Below are positions 25,963 through 39,030 of a stretch of 64,000 nt of DNA, piece by piece. The DNA comes from Stylophora pistillata (Eukaryota). Positions within the stretch are counted from its first letter, which is position 1, and every line of letters begins with the position of its first letter. Location: the NCBI RefSeq assembly GCF_002571385.2, contig NW_019217861.1, forward strand, positions 261,766 to 325,765, written 5' to 3'. A model generated the notes under the pieces. That model saw only the letters and a program-made list of their open reading frames with translations. It did no database searches and had not been told where the DNA came from. Position numbers and translations under genes: made by a program.

Positions 25963-28900
25963 ATGACCTCGCAACTGGAAGCTGTTGTCGTTCGCGAGTT
26001 CTTTTCACGAGCAGTGGGCGAATGCGACTCTACGACGAATGGCGATGTTTTGTCGAACGATTCACCGCGGCTGGAAACCGATACCATACAGAAATTTTTA
26101 TCGGTCTGTTTAAAGCAATACTTTCACTGCTTCCCAGACGAATCAAAGGTAAGATTGTTTTTCTAAACCCTCCTCGTAAACTGAATTTAAATCTTTCCGC
26201 TGTGAGGGCTTGTGTTTTTAATATGTTAAAGGTCCCTTATTGAATACAGAAGAAAATTGATGGCTCGTCACCGCAGCGGTACAAACGATAATAAGTGCTG
26301 TTTCTCCTTTCGCAAAAAGTGCACTCCAATTTCAGACAGGACACATTTTTTCCCGTTTTTTTAGGTTTTCTTTCCGGAAACCTCCGCCGGCTAGTGTTTT
26401 CTGTCAACGCAACTTGTAAAGCTTATTGTGGAAGCCTCTCTCCGGGGCTTTCACACAAAACGTTTCTCTCACTGTGGGTAGAAGTGTGTCATCTGTAATC
26501 ACCTTTTCCTCCACTAGTTCTTAGTGAGGTCTCTACAGACACTACTCAAGTATATCAGTTAAATTTACAACGAAAAACGTCTAAATTTCCAAGATTTTCC
26601 AGCTCTCCCTTCGTTTCCGTTTAAGCAGGCTGACGGTATCGTAAGATACCTCTCTCCTTCCGGAATGTTTTAACTCTGTGAATGATTATCAAGCGCTAGC
26701 TAGTGGCAACTAATAGATATTTCGTAAATTCAAATTGTCCCTACCTTTTTCTGTTAATTTCATTATTGCGGTAGACCAAAAAAATGCAATATTTTATATT
26801 TCTAAAATTCTGGCCAAAAATCATTTACTTTCCGTTATTTAGACTGCTTTTCGCTTCACTTTCTTGAGTTGGGAGGCCGAGAAACTCTTACGAAATCCCT
26901 TATCATCTTTAGCTGTCATTTCACTTCTGAGTGTGACCTTGAGTTGCTTGTTTGCTAAGAGCTTTATGGTATCAGCCATAAGCAGCACTTCACAGCTTTT
27001 GTTGGCTGATTAACTCGAAATAAAAGCAAGAAACTACAAATTAGTTAGCCTTAGAAGCCAAATTTTTCTAAGGATGCAACTGACAAATCACCTGAGAGAG
27101 TAGTTTGGTTTATTAACTTTGTTACTGGGTAACGTAAACCTGAAGTAAAAGAAGTTGTCACCATGCCATAAATAGCTTTACGCGGTGAGAATTTTTGCCA
27201 CATTGCATCCAGTTCCCTTAGAATTCCTTGGACGGGGATAACTTTTGGGGAGGGATAGGGGGTTAGAGAAAAGGCAGGACCAAAAATGGTACGTTTTAGT
27301 AGTATTTCGAGAAAACTGAGTACATTGCAATCGTGTCTTCTCTCATTTTATTGATGACAAAATGGCGCGTTTAGGCTCTGCTAACATTGCTGTGAAGGTT
27401 GGGGTAGGGCGAAGTGAATTGATTGTCTCTCTTTATAATCTCAAAGATTACAGAATGAGTGGATGAACGATACTTATTTGTGTGTGGTCTCCCGCAATTT
27501 ATCAATTCGGTGACATGCATCACAAGTTTGAACTGTAATGTGATCACTGATCTTGTTGTTTGTTATCCTCCGCGTTCTTAATCTGACAGATACCATGAAA
27601 ATAAAAAGCAGCAAGGAAAGGAGAAAGAGGAGGTCCAAGGGAGAGAAAGAACCTTGAAAGGACCATTCATGTTCCGGCTAATTCTTATATTCCCGCGCTC
27701 GAGAATAATGATGAGCCTCTCTATAGGTACCCACGGTCTTCGTTTTCTTCGCGATTTTTTGCAAATTTTGGGGGTTTTTTTGGGAAGATCTTCGTTTTTC
27801 GGATTGAAATTGTTTAAACGTTTATTCAGTGTTATTCACAATTCACAGTTAATAAAAATTTCACTTCAATAGCAAATTGCATGACTCCCTATTTAAATTC
27901 ACGAAAAGCAATTTAAACAGTTATTGAATTGTTGGATTCTTTGGCGACGTTCTGTTTGTTCAGTGTTCTATGACCGTTGACACCGTCGTCAAAATTGCAG
28001 TGAAATGTGGTCAAATGCCAACATTCAGAAATAACAGAAATTTTCTGTAGTGTTTACGAGTTTTGACAGTGTTATATCTGAGTGTTCAATTTGATCACGC
28101 CAATTTTGATCAATTTTCAGATCTTCGCTTTAATCTTGAGATCTTCGTTTTTTCCGCGGTGATCTTTGAGTCTTCGATTTCTTCGGAAATACCCATAGAG
28201 AGGCTCAATGATGATAAAGTGCTCGCTCTCCAGACCCCCTAAACACTCATAACCGTGAAAAGCTCTTTAGTACTGAATCCAAATTCCTAGTCAGGAAAAA
28301 GCACTTTCTTGGCTCCTATATGGAATGTTGAGTGTATTTTTATAATCTTGTTATAAGAGGTTTAACGTTAATCTTACAAACCCTCTTATTGTTTTAGACA
28401 ATAGACAGGGGTGACGTGAATAAGATCATCAATCCCGGTCAAATGAGATTGTCAGAATATACCAGAATCCACTGTATGTTAACAGTTGTGATGAATCTCA
28501 TTACCGCTGCAGACAGCGACGCAACAATCTTTTTGCTGAGGGATTACTCATCACCAAAATTTTTTTGTTTTGTATATCTTCAGGATGCACCAGAAGACAA
28601 CAGTGTGGAAAGCCAATTAAGTGCAGATATTTCTTGCAAATTTTGCAAAGACGACATGGCACCAGTAACACTGGCTTTGAAGGTGAGATTTTTTAGATGC
28701 AGCAGAGCTGCTCTTCTGGGACACTCTTTTCTAGATGTCACTCTCATTCAAGGGACACGAACTTGAGTCCCTCTTTTCAAGGAACATTTTCTCTAATCTT
28801 GACTGTGTCCACTAGGTATAGGTTCCGCTGCAGGTCAAACATTCCTAGAAGCGACTGGTAGCCTTTAACTTTGTAGTGTGCATTCTTTTAATCTAATTGG

Positions 28901-31900
28901 AAACACTGTCAAAATATGCAAGACATGACTGCCAGGGGTCAATATACCCTTTTTGTACACTTTTATCCAGGTGTCAATCTCATTCAAGGCACGCAAGCTT
29001 AAGTCTCGAATGAAAAGAAATCTCTAGAACCCTTCCTACAATTTGCTCGATTGATGTGACCTCTTTTCAGGAACGTTTTCTCTAATCCCGAGGGTATCTT
29101 CTTGGTAGAAGTTTCCCTGTAGTTTTGACATTCATTGAAGGGGCTGGAAGCTTTAAACAGGGTGTGCATGTGAACTTGGTAACACGAGTACCTATTGCTT
29201 GGTATGCCCAAGATTGTTATTAATCTAATTGAAACGCCGTCTGAATAAGCTAGACATGACTTCGAGAGGTCAATATCCCATCAATTACTCAATTTTCCGT
29301 CTTAAAACGGCTAGCGAAATGAGTGATTTTTTGTGCCGGATAATATCAAGGTCTGAAGATATCGGCCTAACCACCACTCCACTATAACTTCATGGCTAAC
29401 TTTCCTTTCCCTCTACTAGGCCTTCAAACCAGCATTTCGTGAAAATTTACCAGTAAATAATTCAGGCTCTGAAGACAGTTGATGATAAGCTCAAAGCTTC
29501 AACTATTTACTCCACCTCGTGTAAATGCTGATGTTTAAAAATGTTAGGAAATCTTGCAACCTCGTTCCCAGGGCCTTTTTCCTTAGTAGGGAACGAGGTT
29601 GGAAATCTTGACTAAATGTGAGCTTCCAAAGAACTCTTCATCACATCAAACCCCATGAAAGTCAACATCTGAGAATTATTTTTAAGCTTTCCTTAAAATA
29701 AAAGAAGAAACCACAAAGTTATTTTTGAATAAATACATAACATCTATGCGCCTAACACTGAGTCCTTTTGTGAAGATAACTGCTGACGAGAAATGCGTAT
29801 CGTTGGCTCAGTTGGTTGAAGGCTATTACTGTATTTACAATATGATAGTGCGCTGAGCATTTTAAATTCGTTGAACCAAAACATCTAAAACTTTGCATTT
29901 CACAAATATTCAATTGTTCGAGATAGGAGTTTAAAAGGTCACATTAATAATCGACTAGGTATAGCGAAGCAATTTTTGGTTTAAAATAGTCTGCCATCAA
30001 TTTAATCGTTCTAGAAGTATCGTGTCTTTGAAGTTGACAATGCAAATAATTTATTCCAGTGCAATCACGCGTCATCGAAAAAATTACGACACCAGAAAAT
30101 GATGAATTAATGTTTTTTTTTTGCATATCTCATCACATTACCCGGCATGAGCTAAATACAATATAGACAATTCACATTCTGCAGTGCATATTTACTAGAA
30201 GCCGCTCTGACATCTCAAATTTGATGGCTTTTTTCTTTCTTTTTAAACATTCTTCGCATGGCCAATCGACACAATTACATTTTTGTGAGAAATGGGCGGG
30301 AAACTATTGTTGCACAAACAAACGCTCTCGGAAACCTCTCTCATACCTTGTTCAAAATACAATGGAGCAATATTTTTATGCGCGCCTATACTTTAATTTA
30401 TTCAGTTCTATATTTTACCCCGGCGCAAAAATCTTATGATTAATGACATTCTGCCTTGCAGACTTTGTCTTGAAAAGCCGCTTTAAATCAGTTTTAATTC
30501 TTCTTTGAAAATTATGAAACGAAAGCCACTTAAATCTTAAGGTAAGTTTCACGTTCCTCTGTGGTAATATTTTCGAATGGTGAAGTCAGTTTTGTAGAGT
30601 CGACAAATTGCAAGCGGCGAACATCGAAATTCTTGTCACAAACGAAATTCTATTCGATTTCGTTGATGTTCTAAAAGCGTACAAGAACTTAAACACAGCA
30701 GAATGAAAAAGGCTTGAACTAGAGTGGCGGTTGATGTAACGATGTACCCAACTGGTGAAAAGGATGTAAATCGTGTTTTAAAAGAAACAACAGAGGTAAC
30801 ATGCAAGCAGCGCTCCTTTAAACCGCAATAATAAAGTTTGATCAAATTCCATTGCTCATGGCCGAGGGGGCTTCGTTAATGCTTTGATTAATATTCGCCT
30901 GTGGCGTTGAAATAATCACAAACTATGATCAACATAACGTTTCTGTCTCGCGTAGTACCGATTGAATTTTGAAGTGTGATTTGCTTCAACTCAACAGACA
31001 CTCGTCATGTAGACAACTCTACAATGAGCACACGGAACGGTTGATAAATCTCGGCGTTTTGTTAAGAAATCAGGAAAATAAAATCGGAAAAAATTTTTTT
31101 CGTTTTAAAGCGATTTAGCATTCAAGAACTATCTTCTTAAATTTTGTAATTATTCATCGCACGAGATAATAGATAAGTGGTCCGATAATTTGATGGAAGC
31201 AGTTCTTTTCTATCGCACGTTAACGTGTGCAATACGTTTGTCATTATACCTACAAGTTGATGGTCTTGTTGAAAGATGCGATGGTAAAATATTCATATCG
31301 TTCTTGACCGCATCATGTCATATTTCCTTTCACATTTTTTTATGTAATTCATCGGAACTCCTATGCTGGCATTTCACAGGTCCATCGGATCTAATGTAAA
31401 ACGTCGCCAGAAAATTTATTGCGAGTTTGCGCATAGATTTTCATCTCTATCGTCAAAATGGGCAGCTCTAAGCGGTTCTCTCTGAAATATTCGATGCTTT
31501 CTCCCCCACAGAATCACCTTGACGTGTGCCCTTTGTTTCCAGTCAAATGTCCTAACATGTGTGGAAAGATGGAGGTACCTAGAGAAAAGGTAAGCTGTAT
31601 TTTAAAACTTAAAAGTTAGGGCCGCTTCAAAATCGGTCCCCCTAAACGATCTGGCCAGCCTAGTTTCCGATATCCCGTGATTTTCGCTTCACTACGCTTC
31701 ACAATGCAAGTAGCGTCTCGGCGTGCTTACCGGAAGAAGGCTCGGTTAGCTTGATCACGGTTTATAACGAACCAGAACTAGTTAACCGGAGAATTCTAGT
31801 ATAAAAGCAGCTCTTGCCCTTTTCTCTCTGACAAAGCTAAAACTTCTCCTGTGGTCAGCTCGGTAACCGCGATGAAAATTCCCATCTGAAAGGGAAGCAA

Positions 31901-34900
31901 CTCAAGCGAGATCGTGCCCGGCTAAACTGACGAGCTCGGTTCCTGAACCTAGATGAAGATGCCTTGATATATAAACTAAAAATTGAACATAATGAATTTC
32001 TGTATAACTATTTTTATGAAAATTAGTAATCGATTTCAATTCCACACAATCTCTGTAATATTCATTTCTCAGGTTAGCGAAAATTTTATTATGCTTTGCG
32101 TGATCCGGCTGACTGCATTATATTGAGAACTTGGTTAATTTTAGTGTTTAAAGCTCAAATAATCACAGATTTTGCTGGATTTTCGAAGTTCTTGATATCT
32201 TTCGGAAGAAAGCACAAGTTCTTATCGGTTATTTTCATTGTGTATCATCAGTGGATCAAAGAGTGCTAGATATATGCTGCCGGAAAATAAAGTGATTTTG
32301 CGATAAGAACCATCTGTTGATGTGAAAGGTTATCTATGTAGAACCATCTTAATTTATTTCAACGATGTTGTTACCCCAAGAAGTATCGATTAATCGATAA
32401 GCAACTAGATAGAAATAATCTATTACAAGAAACGCAACTACATTGTGGGAATTAGAATAAGTTCATGAAAATATTTGGGTCAGACTCGGCGGGGTGTCTG
32501 TGTTATGAAATGCTAGTTTATCCGTCTGTTCACAATTTATCTTGACCCCAGTAAATGTTAAACCTTCGGCCACTGCGTATCGTTTACCTATCAACTCGAA
32601 AACAATGCACTCACTTCATATAGAGCATTTAAGGATATTTTCAAATGTTGCTACCTTTTTTCATTTCAAATTTTCATCTTGTAAGTGGAAAACGACTTCA
32701 ATTTTCGCAATAGCCTCAACTCTAGTTTTCTTCAGTTTCTCCACAGTTCTGTGTAGCCATTTGTTGAAATAGCTAAATGAAATTCAAGGAACCTTAGTGG
32801 CTGTCAATTCGGCCCCAAAGTCTAAATCATATATTTGAGAGAATTTGAACTCGGCGAAGTTCTTAATGCCGTCGCCCTTTACAGTTTATCAGTGCGCAAC
32901 CTGCTTCTGGGAAGAATTTCCATCAAATGCAAAGTAATTTCCTAAGGATATTTCATCGATAATGTTGGCAAAGGGAGACCAAGGGTGCGATTTAAGGAGT
33001 ACGTGTTATAACCAAATACTAAGGCTTCGAAAACTGCCTCCAAGAAATTCAAGCAAACTGAAAGTATAGTGATTCTTTGTGAATTGCATTGACCACGTGC
33101 ACTTATTAAAGGGATACTACTTTAAGGTAGAAGTGAGCATTGCAATTGGATGCGATTTTCCTAACCACTGGACATCCAATTTGCATTTATATGGAGTGGT
33201 TGCGAGTAAGTCATAAGTCTATAATTAAGCGAACTTCGACCTAATAGATTAAAGAAAGGCGCCGACATGATGCGTTTTATGAAAAGATAAGCTGCTTCTT
33301 CGGAAAACACCTTTTCCGGCTTTTAAAAAATATTTGAAACTATAAGATTTGCAGCTAATGGACTTAGCAAAGGTGTTTTCTTTGCCAAAGACCTGCGCGG
33401 TAATGTAGATTACGCAACGTCAAATAAACAAAAAGGTCGAAAAGTTGCTGAAGCGATTATTTTTTCAAAGTGAGGACATCTTGTCTAAAAATTCAATGCT
33501 ATGTTGTAAAAATTGGAAACTTTCAGCCTATGGCGAAAGGGACTGTCTAATAGGAATTCTACGAGCTATTCTACGAGCTATTCTACGAGCTATTCATCAT
33601 ATCTAATACAAAAATATGTTGTTTATTTAGCCCTGGGCTACGCTCAGTTTTGCCACCCACAGAAAAAGATCAATAAACAACGATAAACTGCTATACTTTT
33701 TATAAAAAACCAATGTAAATAGTGTTTTTTGCTTTTTAAACTTGCAGCTTTCCAATCACATCATGGAAGAATGCCCGAAGACTTGTGAACATTGTCTCTA
33801 TCACGACATCGGTTGTGCCTTCCAGGTAATTTCAAAACTTTGCTGTTTTTTTTTTCCACTGTATTTTCTTCCCCTGGTCATATTAAGTTATTATAAATAA
33901 GATCTATCAGAGAATTGAAATTGAACTAAAATTCAAAGGGTCACAAAAAACATCATTCTTATTGAGTAGATTTTTTCTATCCCGGAAAGTGTTCGATCTG
34001 ATTACAAGCCGAAGAAATGGGGGAAAAAAGTCCCTAAGTTAGTTGATCGTTTTATACCGAAGCATTCAGAACAAGATATATGTAGGTCTCTCCTTGCCTG
34101 TAAGATGGCATTACGAACCTCTACTGTCGTGAAAATGTCCACTGCAAAGTTATACATGGACGTACCAGATTTCAATGGCTTATGTTTCTTGAGCCGTGAT
34201 GCGAAAATATGAATTCAGTATTCAAAAGCTGCTCAGATATCCCAAGAAATCCACTTTCCATTCATAACAATTGAGATAGAAAACGCAGATGCGCAATAAA
34301 ATACACACAACGACTTATAAAGTAGGATGACCCACAAACATCATTTCGCCTTCAGAGCTTGGCATATAGCTGTGTCTGAATCGTGACTTTTCAATCTTTT
34401 CACTCCAAAATCAGTCTCGTCTTAAAAAATAAGTAACTCCCTCCATGCTTTCTCGTCACTGGGCACCAGTCCACTTCATGGCAATAATAATGGAAGACAC
34501 AAGCAGTTGTCACGAGCGTCAAATGATGATAAAAAACAAAGTTACACCATGTTACATGCCAGTTTTTCGATAAAAGCGATAAAAAACAAAGTTACATGCC
34601 AGTATTTTCGATAAACGTGGTTGCCCTGATTCTGTCGTTCAAGCGGGTTACCACCGCGCCCAACTTATTAATCGACATTCAGCACTACAAACGTAGCAAA
34701 AGGAACATTCCGACCGCATTCCATTCACTCTCACGTTTCACCCTCACAACCACTCAGTTAAATCCATCATTCTTAAAAAATTTAAATGACTTCAAAACGA
34801 TCCAGAGACAAGCGCTATCTTTTCGCAGCCTCCGCTCATTTCATTCAAACGCGACAATAACATAGGCAATTTTTTGGTCAGAAGTTCTTTTCAGACTAAT

Positions 34901-37633
34901 GACCAACCAGGCACTTTTAAATGCACTCGTGCACGATGCAAAACGTGTCCTTTCATTCATAACACTGAGAAAATATCGGGACCCAAACGATCTATTAAGA
35001 TCACCAATCACTTCACATGCACCTCCGCCAATGTAATNNNNNNNNNNNNNNNNNNNNNNNNNNNNNNNNNNNNNNNNNNNNNNNNNNNNNNNNNNNNNNN
35101 NNNNNNNNNNNNNNNNNNNNNNNNNNNNNNNNNNNNNNNNNNNNNNNNNNNNNNNNNNNNNNNNNNNNNNNNNNNNNNNNNNNNNNNNNNNNNNNNNNNN
35201 NNNNNNNNNNNNNNNNNNNNNNNNNNNNNNNNNNNNNNNNNNNNNNNNNNNNNNNNNNNNNNNNNNNNNNNNNNNNNNNNNNNNNNNNNNNNNNNNNNNN
35301 NNNNNNNNNNNNNNNNNNNNNNNNNNNNNNNNNNNNNNNNNNNNNNNNNNNNNNNNNNNNNNNNNNNNNNNNNNNNNNNNNNNNNNNNNNNNNNNNNNNN
35401 NNNNNNNNNNNNNNNNNNNNNNNNNNNNNNNNNNNNNNNNNNNNNNNNNNNNNNNNNNNNNNNNNNNNNNNNNNNNNNNNNNNNNNNNNNNNNNNNNNNN
35501 NNNNNNNNNNNNNNNNNNNNNNNNNNNNNNNNNNNNNNNNNNNNNNNNNNNNNNNNNNNNNNNNNNNNNNNNNNNNNNNNNNNNNNNNNNNNNNNNNNNN
35601 NNNNNNNNNNNNNNNNNNNNNNNNNNNNNNNTACCGAATCATTCTAAGCAACATATGGCAATCTGCGGTCTTTCCTTACACTTAGGTAGCACGGAAAGCC
35701 GCAAAACTCTTGAACAAAGGCTCATCTTTCAAACCGGCACTCTAAATCCCACAGGTATCAACGAACGCTTTTCATTCCACTAAATTATTCGAGTTTTTCT
35801 CGTTGCCATGTTCCCACCAATCACGTAGCTCCATTTTCTGCCTTTAAAGCCACACACAACCCACAATTCCTCTATTCGCTCCGACGAAGGGCTAACGCTT
35901 TTATAATCGTAACGGTGGCCAATATACCATTTCAACTTTGTTGATATATTCAAATTATTACACCATGTAAGCTTTTAGATTTTAGATCTACAGAGATCGC
36001 TATCAGATTCCCTCTAATTAAGCCAAAGAGGACTCATCGGTTCGCCTAGGCTATATGCTAGGGTTCACAAGCTATCTCAAATATAGTTGATAATGAATCA
36101 TCTATCATGGTGGTTGCTTGTTCTTACTCGGGGTACCAAAGCGATCCCTAAAACACCAAAAATGTGACTTAATCATGGCTCTGAGCGTAAGGACAACAAA
36201 TCAGTAATTCGTAAATCCAAGAAGCTCATGGGAACTCAAATCTCCCTACCTAAGGGCTATTCTCAACTCGTTGAAGGATTAAACAGATAATGACTAAAGT
36301 GGCTAACATCTTGGGGAAGTATCTTCGAAAATCTCCTGCCCTTTTTCCGGAGTAATACTTTACAACCTATAGAGGCTGTACTCTAACGCTCAAATACTTA
36401 ACTTTATTAATTAAGAGGGATCACGCTGAGAGATTGATTCTGCCGAATGCCTTTGGTAATCCTGGTTGATTTATGTCTAGATCTTTCCCATTTTGGAAGT
36501 CCTCGGAGTGTCTAGAAATACCCAATGCTGCATTACGGATATGTATTCAAGTGGACATCCCACGCAGCTTTTATCCGCTTTTCACCATTCATTTCTGCAA
36601 CATGCGAAGTATAAGTAACATTACTTCCGGGAGACTAGATTCCGTCAGTGTTAAAACAACTTGAAAACTTTGGAATAAGCCCTCAGTTTTAGCTCTTATA
36701 CCTTCTCAACTTATGATCCGTCTACTCCTGAATTATGAATTTACTCTTTTCCTTTTTGTTCAAACGTGACTTGTGTAGGGTGCTAGGAGTGACTTGACGA
36801 AGCACCTTCAGGATAATTCCGAGGAACATTTACAATTAGCTTTGGAAGTGATCAGAGAACAGAGAACTGAAATGGGAATACAGCGAGGCCGACTGAGGAA
36901 ACAGGAGGACAATATAAATCAGCTGATGGAAAGTGTCGCCAAACTGACAGCACTGTGTGAAGAAACACTAAAAAATAATGCCGACCAGGAAAAAACAATC
37001 AATCGATTGTCTGAACAGTTAAAAGAGCAGAAAAAGCATCAATCTAAACACGAGAAAGAGTTGAAGCAGAGAATGGCCGAGTTAGAGAACCGCGAGTTAG
37101 AAATGCCCCACAACGGATTAGCTCGTTCTCCGAGACTTGACGGTTACGGAGAACTTGTTTGGCGAGTTTCGAACTTCTCCCGAAGATTGCAACGCGTCCA
37201 GTCGGGTCGCTGCGACGACCCGATGACCAGCGAGTCCTTCTATACTTCGGCATTCGGTTACAAGATCGTCGTATGGGCCTACATCAATGGCAGAGGCAAA
37301 GAAACTGGGCATTGCTTGTCTTTGTACGCCTGCGTCTTGTGTGGAGAGTATGACGCAGTACTTTCCTGGCCGATCAAACCTCGATACACATTTTCATTGT
37401 TAGATCAAAATCCAAATCCTGAGGCGAGAAAGGATTTAACGCGCACACGCAAAGTTCATGACTTCAAACGTGATGACGTCAGAAGAAAGGGAATTGATCG
37501 GCCTGGTCGAGATGAGAGAGCCATCATCGTTGGATTTGACGATTTTGTTAGACACGATGAACTCGAGGCTGGTAACTTTTTAGCTGATGATACTTTATTT
37601 GTTCGCATTCTTGTCGACATTCCTGAATCTTGA
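25963..37633 (+). CDS. TNF receptor-associated factor (TRAF4-like) lacking a RING domain, 5 coding exons, about 431 aa
   Basis: Phase-0 exons 25963-26148, 28584-28682, 31512-31589, 33748-33825, 36779-37633. TRAF zinc fingers CKFC...H..VC, CPNMC...H...EC and CLYHDIGC...H...H are followed by a coiled coil and a MATH domain (GELVWRVSNF...SESFYTSAFGYK...INGRGKETGHCLSLY...GEYDAVLSWP...LLDQ...GFDDFV...FLADDTLFVRI). Confidence 0.88.
27713..28206. mobile_element. 494-bp non-autonomous DNA transposon with GAG termini
   Basis: 17-bp TIR gagcctctctataggta / tacccatagagaggctc (1 mismatch), flanking duplication aatgat, reiterated subterminal tcttcg. Confidence 0.85.
28735..29278. repeat. Old tandem duplication (about 240-300 bp units) in TRAF intron 2
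   Basis: The blocks tgtca.tctcattcaagg, ctcttttca.ggaac.ttttctctaatc and taatctaattg.aaac...agacatgact...ggtcaatat each occur twice in the same order. Confidence 0.75.
34553..35957 (+). mobile_element. Penelope-like retroelement, 5'-truncated (GIY-YIG region), spanning an N-gap
   Basis: LVRS...PGTFKCTRARCKTCPFIHN...GPK...ITNHFTCTSANV before the gap and PNHSKQHMAICGLSLH.GSTESRKTLEQRLIFQTGTLNPTGINERFSF after it. Candidate TSD ttacaccatgt at 34542-34552 and 35958-35968. Confidence 0.9.
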
Positions 37634-37827
37634 GGAATTTCCTTATGCGATTGGTGTTACTTGAGGGGAATTCCTCGCGATTTATGTGTATTTATGAAAA
37701 AGAACCCAGATTTTTCAAATTCGTCATTTACAATCCGCGTCAATTTCCTCATCCTTGAACATCCTCGCTCCTATATCCTCACATAAACTTTCCTACCATA
37801 GTAAATTTTTTCAACACAGGGTTCAAA

Positions 37828-38021
37828 CGTCGGGCATGCGCAGAGAGATCATTTTTTTTGCCGGCCGCGCGTCAATTTCCCGCGCAAAATTTTAAAGGAA
37901 CAGGAAACAATATATGGGAAAAAAATTTAATTCTATAAAAAGAAACACATGTATGAAAATGAAACACGTAAGCCTTGTTACACACAGAGCTCACGGTATC
38001 CTGTTGATTTACCCATTTGTT
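37828..38021 (+). repeat. Dispersed ~200-bp repeat, copy 1 (copy 2 at about 52439-52651)
   Basis: gtcgggcatgcgcag.gagatca.ttttttgccggccgcgcg ... cagagctcacggtatcctgttgattta.ccatttgtt is shared in direct orientation. Confidence 0.85.
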
Positions 38022-38714
38022 TTTAGCTATTTGGCTCCAAATACCTTAACTTGCTGCCCTGTGTAGCTGCTTGCAACTACTGCAAGCACATCCTACTCAA
38101 CGCTCACACGTGTGCAGATGTTTGACGCTCTGTTAACTTAAGATGAGGTCACTTAACATGCCACCAAAAGGAACTAAAACTGTATTGATGCAGCTCGTTC
38201 AACGTCAAAGCTAGAACTTGCATATTGGACAATTTGATAAAGATGCTTTTGATTGTTGCGATATGTTACCGGACTTATAAGCCCACCAGAGCGCACGCAC
38301 TACCTTGGTCTCTGTGATTATTTTGATTTTGGTTCTAATGCACTGAACTGAAACTCGCTCAACTATATACTCAACAAAACGTCTCTCTCGTAATGCTTCA
38401 ATGACGAATGTACAAACTGGCTCTAAGGTGCAATACGGGATTTCCATATAACTTTTCAGCTAGAATTACAGATTCTTAATTCTATTTAATCAAAACAAAC
38501 TTGTAAGTTAAACGTTTCAAATGTAGTTTGGTAGTTTCTCTCTGGATTGTCTTCACTGTGAAGTCTCGCCTGGTGTGAATAACCTCTAAAAAGGAAATTA
38601 ACCTAACCAATATTTATATTATTTGGCGATCTTAAAACATGAAATGGTCACGAGAAATAATGCTAATGGTGTTTCGTAACTGTAAATTCTGATCAGTGAA
38701 GTTAAATAAACTGA

Positions 38715-39030
38715 GCTAAGTGGCAGTAAATGATGTTTGATGACAAGTGATGGTAAGTGACAGTGACGGACGCTTAGTTTAGGCGGAGAATGACATTTAG
38801 CGACAGTGAATGACGCTCAGTGACTGAGAAGGACACTTACTGATAGTAAATGGCCTAGTGATGGTAAAAGACACTTAGTGACGGTAAATGACGCTTATTG
38901 ACGGTTAATGATGCTTAAAAGCCGTAGGTAACGCTTAGTGACTAAATGCGCCTATGACCAAAGATGATGCTCAGCTACAGAAAATGAAGCGCAATGACTG
39001 TAAACTGCGGTAAATGATGTACATTTACCA
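38715..39030. repeat. Degenerate ~20-bp minisatellite (gacgcttagtgacggtaaat)
   Basis: Repeated diverged units are visible. Confidence 0.7.

Noticed and set aside
34874-35685. Long ORFs in the track here and at 48747-49367 and 52016-52387
   Set aside because: Artefacts of N runs or microsatellites. Only the Penelope flanks are real coding relics.
37632-37674. NF-kB-like sites (GGAATTTCC, GGGGAATTCC) right after the TRAF stop, and a CRE (TGACGTCA) at 22674
   Set aside because: Short motifs expected by chance. The pair looks like a small local duplication.
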